Source: Antedon mediterranea
Lineage: Eukaryota; Animalia; Echinodermata
Reading direction: 5' to 3'
Length of the DNA: 64,000 bases
Assembly (NCBI RefSeq): GCF_964355755.1
Contig: NC_092675.1
Coordinates: 23,532,912-23,596,911, forward strand
In this document: positions 19,511-37,300 of the stretch, piece after piece
Layout: each line of letters begins with the position of its first letter
How positions within the stretch are numbered: position 1 is the stretch's first letter
The notes under the pieces: model-generated
The model's database searches: none
What the model saw: only the letters and a program-made list of their open reading frames with translations
What the model was told of the DNA's origin: nothing
Made by a program: the position numbers and the translations under genes

Positions 19511-20210
19511 AACAAGGCCATATAGATGGCTGCAGTCGCGTGCTCATTAGTGCTTACCGACCGACCGACCAACCTACCAACTGACCGAAATTACTGAACA
19601 TGTTTAAAAATGTTGAAATATTTAAAAACATTTATATTTTTTTAATTTACACGTGCGTAGCCTGTCACTTTTGACGTGCTCGTATAACGTAATTTCGAGT
19701 TGAAAAGTAAGTCAAGAAAACAGAAATCGGGCAAAAAGAGTGCGCAATAACATTTAACGCGCAGTGCGCGCGCAAAAATCTGCGCACTCATGGCAATTTT
19801 GTAAACGCCTAAAATTGCCTGAAACGTACTCTTATTTCATCGAAAATAAATTTTGAAAATTTTAAGCGCGCGTACGCATGCGTTACATGCGCTACGCACG
19901 TAATTGTATTGCCATTATGATGATTTATGCCCTGAAATTTATGAGTACCAAATTTTATTTAATTGTATTACAAACGTGATTTCGTTAAATCGTGCGTAGA
20001 CCGCGTAATTTTTTATTGCGCACCGTGAAAACATAACCACATCGATTCCTGGCCATAAGGAATATACTGTGAAAAATTTACTTAGCTAGATTAAACTGAT
20101 ATCAAGATAAGGTCAGAAAGCGATAAAACAGACAGACCGACAGACCGACAGAACGACCGACCGACCGACCGACAAAGCGAACTATAGAGTCGCGTCTACG
20201 CGACTAAAAA
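19511..20210 (-). mobile_element. Non-autonomous Helentron-like element (HINE), family 2
   Basis: Minus strand: 5' TTTTTAGTCGCGTAGACGCGACT palindromic subTIR, (TCGG)n microsatellites, 3' CACGCGACT subTIR + GCCATCTATATGGC hairpin + CTTGTT; no TSD. Confidence 0.8.
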
Positions 20211-20426
20211 TAAACTGCTATGTAGAGACCTATTTTATTGTTGCTGGGTTTTGTATTAAAATAAGCCTGAAATAAAAAAAAGTAAAAATATAGTTTAAAC
20301 GCTGTTATTTAAGATTGCAATGTGCCTACATACACACATACAAACTGTCTATATTTAACTTCACCAGGAGAAAAGTTAATATATACAAACATATATTTAT
20401 TTTGCTTTCTAGCCAGGTTGGTCTGC

Positions 20427-20730
20427 TTAAGCTCTGTCTACACTCAAACTGTATGTGAGAAAAAAAATGTGATTTCCCATGGACATGGTGATGTCACATC
20501 ACCACCATTTTGGGCATATCACTAGCATATTTAGGTACACTGTTTTTGTCAAACTATTTTGATTGTGTGAGCTTTAAGCTCTGTCTACACTATCAAACTT
20601 TATGTGAAAAAAAAAGTGATGTTCCCATGGACATTATGATGTCATATTTAAGAATATCGCTACCATATTTGGGCACATCAATTTTTGTCTACACTATCAA
20701 ACTAGTTTAATAGTGTAGAAAGATCTTTAA
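20427..20730. mobile_element. Two tandem copies of the AGCTCTGTCTACACTATCAAACT MITE
   Basis: Same TIR and internal sequence as 217-357; copies joined at a TTAA. Confidence 0.7.
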
Positions 20731-22071
20731 ATTCAAAGGACAGGATTATGAAATTTCAGATACTTACAACACAAACGACGGTAACTTTCATTATTCAAAC
20801 ACAGTGCATTAACCAGTCTATTGTCTTAGTCGACATTCTCTCATTGTAAAATGTGTCCTGGTTGTTGTTAATAGTTCGTTTGGGTTGTTGACACATTCGG
20901 GACCTTCAAAAGTGTCCGCAGAATAGGGGTGTCTCAAGAATAGAGGTACTCATATTCAAAAGACACTAACCAAAAACTTAAAATGTTCGTTTACTGTGGG
21001 TTCGCGGAAAAACAAAAGTGAAAAAATGATAATCTTAAACTCGACTCTTGAAATTAAGAATTGAAACTATAGCAGCCTGCGTTAAAGATAACAATTCAAC
21101 AGAAAGAACTAAAAAACATTAGGTTAAGTTCGGCACATCCTTTTAAATGCCATTGATTGGTCACATTCCACAGCAATTATAGCTTTTAGTTAGTGTTCAC
21201 ACTTTCTAATAGTTAAGTTTAGTAAGGCTTACTGCAGTGACCATTGAGCTTCTGCCATTTAGGCCTGCAGTAGGCCTTGTTGATAACGTTTAGCTATCTA
21301 ATACATATGGCTGCATTAGGCTGTTTGGTTGTCGTCTTGTTCGGGTAGGCCTATATCCTGAATAACCCAGTTAACAGCTTTATTATAGGTAATTAAGTAA
21401 ATGTGCCCAAATTATAGCATACATAATGATTTATCTTTGAATAACATTTCCATTCCGTTGAAGGAAAGCATTAATTTCAGCTTTACTGTAAACAATTACA
21501 ATATTGACGTATTTTTTCAAGATTAACATTTTCTTCTATATAAAATAAAAAACTTACACTTACAACTTGTTGAGTGAGTGGTTGAGAATTAGTGAATATC
21601 ATCCCCGCCGGTCAACAACAAAATACAGTTAAAAGAACACTTGGTGGTAAAGGCTACTCTTGAATTACCATGATCACAATGAACGCAGACAATTACTAGG
21701 GTGATTAAATCGTTTGCCAGTAGTCTTGTTTAATGTTGCCAACAAGAAAATGTAGGAAAACATAACCAGTCAGCTAGCATCTGATGAGAATATGTTCAAT
21801 ATAACAATCCACCATACTTGACACCAAACTATGGACCAAAAATACTGCAGTTTGTGACTCACTTCATATTGATACAACTTCTTGGATGATACAAGAAGCT
21901 CATCCATTAAAAAACATTATTATCCGTTCTTCGATAAAAACAACGGTTAAAAAGTTAGCAATCAAGACGCTAGTAAAAGTAGTGCATTCATAACTGAAAT
22001 TACTGTGTCCCGTTATAGCCATTTTTAGTCACAATGAAGAAACTAAATATCTTTGATTAAATGCATGAAAT

Positions 22072-22772
22072 AACCAGAAAGCCACTCCTAGAGCGCATAC
22101 CGTACCTCCGCCTACTGTGAAATTATCCTACTAAGATTTCTCAGGGAAAATGCTATGTGTGATTTAGGCTAATTTCACTAATCATGTGTATGCGAATTTG
22201 GTGTAATGTTTATGTAACCAGCCTTTCAACTAACAATAGTTTCAGTTGACTAACAATAGAACAGCAACGCCAAAACAAACGGGTGAATTTGAAAAGAAAT
22301 ATAATTTTTAAAACTACTCGTATAAAAAAAAAACACCTGTGAATTAAATCAAATTATGTTTTAAAATTACAAATCACAAATTATAACTTTTGCCTCTTGT
22401 ACAAAAATGAAGTTTTTTGGACAAGTAGTTCTCGAGAAATTACAATTTCAGTTTAATTGTTATTAAGACTGCTCGGCTGCTTTTGAAAATTCCATCCCAT
22501 CTTTTTAACACTAGCAGGTCTGATAATAATACTAAAAAGTGGTCCAGAATTGGAACCATGGTCCGGATTGCCTCCAAAATGAATGGAGTGGTCCTTGGCC
22601 ACATATCTATCTGTATTTTAATTTTAGTAAAGATCTTGTAATTACTTTTTGAGTAGGCCTAATCCGTCTAACAAACAGACAAACAAACATACATACATAA
22701 ATACATACAAACAAACAGACAAACAAACACACGTGATCGATCGACTACATATACCTCCTTGGCGGAGGTAAA
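22072..22772 (-). mobile_element. Non-autonomous Helentron-like element (HINE), family 3
   Basis: Minus strand: 5' TTTACCTCCGCCAAGGAGGTA, (TGTT/TGTA)n microsatellite, 3' GGCGGAGGTA subTIR + GCGCTCTAGGAGTGGC hairpin + CTGGTT. Confidence 0.8.
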
Positions 22773-23702
22773 CAACAGAAATCAAGTTTTACAAACAACG
22801 GCAGTCTTTCATCATAATAATAATAATAATTTTTGGTCAACTTTCATCTTGAGGATCGAGCTAAATTCGAAATAGGCACAATCTGCATTACGATTATGGT
22901 CTTATAGGCCTACGCTACTATGCGGGTTGTAGAGCGAGTAGTAAAAAGTAGGAACATTTTTTAAATGCAAATATGGATTGAAACGTGCTTTAATCAATTA
23001 TAAATTTTGACTTTGCGCATTATTAATTTTAATTGTATATAGTAGTTGATATGAAATTGTTGTTTTATGATTCATTGAAAACTTCTTTTAACGATTTGAA
23101 AATTCAACGCAACTCAACGCAACTCGCCGTAACGTTACTTCGACAGGAAAACAGGCTTTATGATCAATAATAGTATTTCAAGTTAGCTAGTTAAGTAACT
23201 GTTCTCAGTAATTTTCTTTTTCGTTTTATTTTACACATTAGCAGTATAAATAAAGGAAAGAAAAAAAAGTATAACAACATATTGTTGAAGTTTTTCATTT
23301 TATTTAACAAGACAGTTAGAAAGATAAATGCTTATTCTTTGTTACTGCACTAGCGTGATCAATTACGTCTATTGATACAGGAATTGACAATGTAGCAGTG
23401 AAAGAATACAAGCTTATAGTACAAACAACTCAAAGTATCATAACCGGTAATTGATTTTGAACAAAGCAGACATAGGCAGTTGGATTCGGTTAGCAACACA
23501 CATACATACTTACAAGGCGAGATTGCTACAAATTCTTCTGAAGGGTTAAACAGTAACTGTTATTGCATAAACACGGTAAGACAATAACTTAATCAATATC
23601 AATTATATCAATCACTGTTAATAATAATTATCTAAATAAAGTCTACAATATATACTTTGTTTTCTTGGTGTCTTTTAGAAGCAAAAAAAAACATACAGTA
23701 AA

Positions 23703-24137
23703 ATGGCTCAAGTGGCTGGAAGTAAGTATTCGGCGTCTACACAGCGAACGGAGCGAAGTCAGGCTATAAGGGGACCCCAAATAAAGTATGAACCTACGTT
23801 TAAAATGGAACCGGATCGAGTATTGGTTTCATACCAAGCAAAGTGCATAATTGATGGTGTACTAACACAGAGGCTAGAATCAGAGATCTATGATCCGGAA
23901 AAATGCAACAATATTTGCCGTGAATTATCGGACACAATAAAGAATAGAGTAAAGGAATTAGGTTACGATCGATATAAGCTTGTAATTGTCGTGTCCATTG
24001 GATCTGTATCAGGCGCAACTCTTTGCACAGCTAGCCAATGTATTTGGAATGACAAATTTGACACTTTTGCTGAACATACGTATACAAATGGATCACTATA
24101 TGCTGTTGCAACAGTATATGGAGTATATCAAGAATAG
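23703..24137 (+). CDS. Tctex1-domain dynein light chain (TCTEX1D1/DYNLT5-like), 144 aa, single coding exon
   Basis: YEPTFKMEP, YDPEKC..ICRELSDTIKNRVKELGYDRYKLVIVVSIG, SQCIWNDKFDTFAE..YTNGSLYAVATVYGVYQE. Probable 5'-UTR intron about 23576-23678 (GTAAGA...TTTTAG). Confidence 0.9.
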   Translation: MAQVAGSKYSASTQRTERSQAIRGPQIKYEPTFKMEPDRVLVSYQAKCIIDGVLTQRLESEIYDPEKCNNICRELSDTIKNRVKELGYDRYKLVIVVSIGSVSGATLCTASQCIWNDKFDTFAEHTYTNGSLYAVATVYGVYQE

Positions 24138-25091
24138 TGTTTCAGTTTGCCATCTTAAATCTTTGATGTTCATTTGATTTTATTAATTAGATTTTCTTGG
24201 TTGCTCTGATTGTCGTAATTAATAATGTGTAAATTTCAATTATGAACAGTTTGTCTTCCAGTTTGAACACATAGGCTAATAGTACACTTATAGCACAAGT
24301 TTCTAAAAAATACTAGTAACGTTACGGTTTGTAAAATCTATAAGGAACTATCTGAATAGATGTATTTGGACGTGTCGTAGATTATAACTAATAAACAGTT
24401 TTAAAGGACAGCGTACTAAATATTGCTCTCAGACTCAGTCTTACTAAGATATTTCTGATATAAAATGTGTATAATGCACAACAACGTAGGTGGTAATGTT
24501 TTATTATACATAATAATTATGAAGAATGACAACACATCACGTGATAATCTAGACGGAAACATTTTTAGAGTGCAGTGTGATTAAAATTATTTACATTTTT
24601 AAACTAAACTGTTCTGATTAATAAATATTAAAACTATGAAAAGTAAACAGGTTTCTGTTTTACTTAAATTTTTTTTTTATGCTTCTTTGTTAGACTAATA
24701 AAACAATATTTAAACTTTTATATTATACATAAAAAAAAGAAAAAAAGATGAGTCGATTTAGTGCAGATATTTTACCATAGGTCTTAATATGATTTTTGTG
24801 TGAGGTATGATTGATTGGAATAATCAAGGCAATCTAACAATATAGACGGCCTTGGAATAAATAATCAATAGGAATTATTATTTAGAACTGTACAGAGTGT
24901 TACAGACGAAAAAGGCGGTAACAGCGCTCCATAGCCAAATGTAGATTTTTATGGATTTTGTGATTGTTGTGCGATTGTGTTTTCGCGCGAGAGAGAGGGG
25001 GACGCGCGACGACGAGTGTGATCTTTGAGTTTTTCTGTGAGAAAAACACTCAATATATCTCTGTTTGCAACATCACAAAAAAGAGAACAGT

Positions 25092-31616
<6,525 letters not shown>

Positions 31617-32085
31617 AAGTTATTCAAGTTTGGATTGAGCGATTTCATGCTTACATCACTCTCTCGACATCTGCTCACCAAATCTATCTGCTGCCCTCAA
31701 CATTCTCATGTTTGTATTTTGGGAAATGTCACTGCAAGTATGCTAAATGTGAAGCTTTGTGTTGAACCAGATATTGGACATTTGATATATAATTTTAATA
31801 AATTGTACAATTATGGTTATTAAAACACTTAATAGCAATATTGCCTGTGGATGTGTATGCACCACCTACTGTAAGAAACCTTCAGGATTTACTGACAACT
31901 TTAAAATCAACCTACTAAGTCAGTCAGACATCACTGAAAATAACATTATTATTACATACTTGTTAAACTACAACCTTTCAGTATTTGTATTTAGTTAAGT
32001 AATGTATGTATGTAGGCCTTGTATCCCATGGATGTAAACTTTATAACACTAGAACCACTATTAAGTGGACACTGTTGGGACCCAA

Positions 32086-33181
32086 CAAAGTGGCCATTTA
32101 ATAGGGGTAGCCATAGTGTTAAAACATATATTTTCCTTGTTGATTTCATTGCAAAGTGGCCATTTAATAGGGTTGTCCCATGAGTAGGGGTTAGCCATAG
32201 TGTTAAAACATATATTTTCCTTGTTGATTTCATTGCAAAGTGGCCATTTAATAGGGTTGTCCCATGAGGGGGTTAGCCATAATGTTAAAACATATATTTT
32301 CCTTGTTGATTTCATTGCAAAGTGGCCATTTAATAGGGTTGTCCCATGAGTAGGGGTTAGCCATAGTGTTAAAACATATATTTTCCTTGTTGATTTCATT
32401 GCAAAGTGGCCATTTAATAGGGTTGTCCCATGAGTAGGGGTTAGCCATAATATTAAAACATATATTTTCCTTGTTGATTTCATTGCAAAGTGGCCATTTA
32501 ATAGAGTTGTCCCATGAGGGGCGTAAGCCACAATGTTAAAACATATATTTTCCTTGTTGATTTCATTGCAAAGTGGCCATTCAATAGGGTTGTCCCATGA
32601 GTAGTGGGTTAGCCATAATGTTAAAACATATATTTTCCTTGTTGATTTCATTGCAAAGTGGCCATTTGATAGGGTTGTCCCATGAGTAGGGGTTGTCCCA
32701 TGAGTAGGGGTTAGCCATAGTGTTAAAACATATATTTTTCTTGTTGATTTTATTGCAAAGTGGCCATTTAATAGGGTTGTCCCATGAGTAGGGGTTAGCC
32801 ATAATATTAAAACATATATTTTCCTTGTTGATTTCATTGCAAAGTGGCCATTTAATAGGGTTGTCCCATGAGTAGGGGTTAGCCATAATATTAAAACATA
32901 TATTTTCCTTGTTGATTTCATTGCAAAGTGGCCATTTAATAGGGTTGTCCCATGAGGGGGTTAGCCATAATGTTAAAACATATATTTTCCTTGTTGATTT
33001 CATTGCAAAGTGGCCATTTAATAGGGTTGTCCCATGAGTAGGGATTAGCCATAATGTTAAAACATATATTTTGCTTGTTGATTTCATTGCAAAGTGGCCA
33101 TTTAATAGGGTTGTCCCATGAGTAGGGGTTAGCCATAATGTTAAAACATATATTTTCCTTGTTGATTTCATTGCAAAGTGG
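32086..33181. repeat. 84-bp minisatellite, about 13 copies
   Basis: Unit CAAAGTGGCCATTTAATAGGGTTGTCCCATGAGTAGGGGTTAGCCATA(A/G)TGTTAAAACATATATTTTCCTTGTTGATTTCATTG. Confidence 0.95.
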
Positions 33182-34303
33182 CGAATAAATGCATGATAGC
33201 GATACTTATTTTACATTTCAAAACGTTTTAAGATTAATTTTTATGTAAATAGATTATTACAGTTAAATGCCTTAACCAAAAATATGAGTTCTAGGCAATG
33301 TGTATAATAATGATTTCATCATATTGTAGTTACATATACTTAATCAGCTGTAATGAAACTCGATCATATGCCCTGTGTCTGGTTGTCAATGGGTTTTCCT
33401 TTTCTGTCTTTGTGTGACTTCAACATGAAAAAACAGCTTTTTCTGTAAATCCACCAAGTTTTCTGAGAGTTAATTATCCTAAAGATTAGGTTTTTATATA
33501 GACTGTAACATATTAACATAGCAAATGATAGTTAGTAATTGCCAGTCTTGTCTTACAACACTGAAAGGCGCTAGGATTGATTCGTTTATTTAGTACATGG
33601 AAGAGGTTTTTATGATTTATCAAATGCCTAAAACAAAGATGGATTTATTAAGGGTGGGTTTACAGGAAGAATGTTGTTAGGGTTCTTCCTAATAAATTCT
33701 AGGAACAATTGTGTGTAACTTGTCTAGTTTTATCATTGTGTTTTGTTTTCCAAAGCATTTATTCCAGAATGTGATGTGTGTTATTGACTCGAACCCTTGC
33801 AGATGTTATGGCTACGTATTATGGTTCCACTTATTTGCACATTAGTGCTCTTTTTTATAAAGGGAACGGGACTGTGAACCTGCGATGTGATTGCGTCGCG
33901 TCCAGAGCTTTTTGAATCACATGAGTATTATTCAAACCGTCACAACCCATTTGCTGACATTGTTTGCGGTTCGCGTTCACGACAGTCGTCTGTTGTCGAT
34001 ACTTTTAACAATAATTTACATTACAAAGCCACAAATATCTAAACTCATTATATATCTAAATCTAAATTCTTCTTCTAAAAAAAAAAATAATTGTCAATAA
34101 TATAAAGGTAGGGTAGTAATCTATAATCGTAAAATCTATGATAAAGGAATCACATAAAAATAAAGCCTCGCCGCATTGAACCGGCAAAACAGTAATATCA
34201 CCAAAAATCCCCTTTATCATAGATACAATAATAGATATTATATCAAACCCTTTATCAGGAGTTTGACTGAATGAATGAATGGTACCAGGCTACAACAAAC
34301 GTT

Positions 34304-37300
34304 AACTAGACATGAAACTCGTCACTTTGACGAGTTAGTTATCCGCACCACGACAAACGCCACGTGCACGTCATACGTTGGAATATTGCACACAGATAAA
34401 GATTATGGCATTATGACAAGAACTGAAGAATATGATATGCTGTTAGTGCTGAATTCTGTCAATTTTGTGTCATATAGTATATACATGCAAACAGTATAAT
34501 CTGTATACATATTACATACAGTGTAGAATAGGTGAAATTACGGGACCCGCCATTTATTCCAATTTTTAACATGGCGACGGTATCAAAATGAAACACTTAG
34601 ATAGCAATTTCAGAAGGAAATTATCTTAGGAACAACATATTAACGTGTAGAAGAAATTTGAATACGTAAAATATAGATGCGCACCCTTTTAAATGTGATG
34701 AACTATTACGCAAAATATAAAAATACAACTTTTTTTATTCAACTGGCCATATGATGACGTCACAACATCCGATTGGCAAAATGTTTACATGAATTCGTAT
34801 CTACAATCCAATTGCTTCCAGAAAACGTTTTAATCGTGATTATCACATTTTATTCTTACGAGCTATTACAGAATAAAATTTACTGTAAAGATGAAATTAA
34901 TGACCCACGTAATTAAAATTTTTAGGCATGATGACGTCATAAAAATTAAAATATTTTTATCTCATGCTAAAGAAAGTTGATTGACCTACACAATGTATAA
35001 ATGTAGGAGAAAAAGGAAAACAGATAAGCGTGATGCGCTCCATTGAATGTGATGAGCAATAACGAAAGAGACAAAAATCCTATATTTTACATTCGTGTGG
35101 CCATACGATGACGTCACAATGTTTTTTTAGCCTTATCGATGCATGATCCGATATCTACAACTCATCAACTTCTAGATTTTGTAATAAAAATAAACGGTTC
35201 ACGGTTTACTTTAGAAACTATGACTGTTTAAAAAAAGACAAAATTTTGACGATTTTTTAAGCTTTTTCATAAAAAACGCGCATGAAATGTTTAATTCAAC
35301 GTGTTCGTGTGGCGTTATTTAAATTGGAAAAGGTCTAAATTGTTTTCAAAATTACTAGGAAAGACTTGAAAAATATAATTCAAGAAAAAAAAAATGTTTT
35401 TAACGCTACGTGCGCACCGCGTGCGTAAAAAATTGCGCGCCCGTGGGAATTTTTGACATGCTCAAAATGACAAGAAACGCATAAAAAGTTGATTAGAAAT
35501 TAATTTTGCGCATTTTGAAATTTTAAATGCGCGTGCGTGCGTAACTTCTTGTGAAACATGCCATTTCTAATCCGTAGAAAGTTTGCCCCTGATATGACTT
35601 AAATTTTGTCAAAGTGTCAATACTAAATGACTTTTGGTTTTTAATCTATGATCAATCATTGAAATTCATAAAATTGCGCGTAAGTCACGTTGCGCAACTA
35701 TGACGTCATTCAAAAATAGGAGGTGCACAACTTCACGTAAATGCCCATATGTTGTCAAAGTTATGAAATGTTATGTTTACACATTTTAGAGAAACGCGAT
35801 CCACAAAAAGGAAGGATGGAAAGAAGAACTAGACATGAAACTCGTCACTTTGACGAGTTAGTTATCCGCACCACGACAAACGCCACGTGCACGTCATACG
35901 TTTGAATATTGCACACCGAAAAAGATTATGTCATTATGACCTGAACTGAAGAATATGATGTGTTGTTAGTACTGAATGCTGTATATTTTCTGTCATATAG
36001 TATACACAGTATAATCTGTATACATGTCACAAACAGTGTAAAATAGGTGAAATTACGGGACCCATATTTTATTTTAATTTTCAAAAGGAAACGCGAAGGT
36101 ACTGTAGTAATTTCGGAAGAAAATTATCTCAGCAACAACATATTAACGTTTAGAAGAAATTTGAATACGTGAAACATTAATGCGCGCTTTTTTAAATGTA
36201 ATGAACTATGACGCAAAAGATGAAAATATGACTTTGTTTATTTAACTGGCCATATGATGACGTCACAACATCTGATTGGCGAAAAGTTCACATGATTTCG
36301 TATCTACAATCCCATAGCTTCCTGAAAACGTTATAATCGTGATTATCACATTTTATTCTTACGAGCTATAACAGATTAAAATTTACTGTAAAGATGAAAT
36401 TAATGACGCTGTTAATTAAAATTTTTAGGCATGGCGACGTCATAAAAATTAAAATTATTTTTAACTCATGCGTAAGATAGTTGATTGACCTAGACAATAT
36501 TAAAATCTCAGAGAAAAAGGAATACAGATAGGCGTGATGCGCTCCATTGAATATGATGAGCAATAATGAAAGAGACAAAAATCCTATATTTTACATTCGT
36601 GTGGCCATACGATGACGTCACAATGTCCGGTTAGCCATATTGATTCATGATCCGATTTCTACAACTCATCAACTTCCAGAATATGTAATTAAAAAAAAGT
36701 TCACCTCGTTGTTTAGAATCTATGACTGTTTAAAAAAAGGCATAATTTTGACAAATTTTTGAACTTTTTCATCAAAAACGCACGTAAAGTATCCAATTCA
36801 ACGTGCCCGTATGACGTAATTGTAAGTCGAAATTGTTTTAAAATTGGTAAAATTACTATAAAAGGCTGGAAAAACATAATTCAATAAAAAAAAAATACTT
36901 TTAGCGCTACGTGCGCACCACGCACATAAAATTGTTCGCGCGCGTGGGAAATTTTGACATGGTCAAAATGTCATGATCAGCGTAGAAAGTTGATTAAAAA
37001 TTAATTTTGCGCATTTTGAATTTTAAATGCGCGTGCGCGCGTAACTTTGTGTAAAACACGCAATTTTTTTCCACAGAAAGTTAGCGCATGATATAAATTC
37101 AACTTTTGCTAAGTTTCAATTTAAATTGGTATATGGTTTTAAATCTATGTTAAATACGCGAAATTCATAAAATCGTGCGTAAGTCACGTTGCGCATTTCT
37201 GACGTCATTCACAATAGGAGGTGCACAACTTCACGTGAATGCCCATATGTTGACAAAGTTATGAAATGTTATGTTTACACGTTTTTGAGATACGAGAGAT

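Noticed and set aside
23800-24177. Overlapping ORFs 23800-24018 (-) and 23986-24177 (+)
   Set aside because: Shadow frames of the Tctex1-domain CDS.
31991-33171. Long minus-strand ORFs (up to 286 aa) with repeated MKSTRKIYVL/NPYSWDNPIKWPLC
   Set aside because: Artefact of an 84-bp (28-codon) minisatellite; frames switch at unit indels and the peptide has no recognisable domain.
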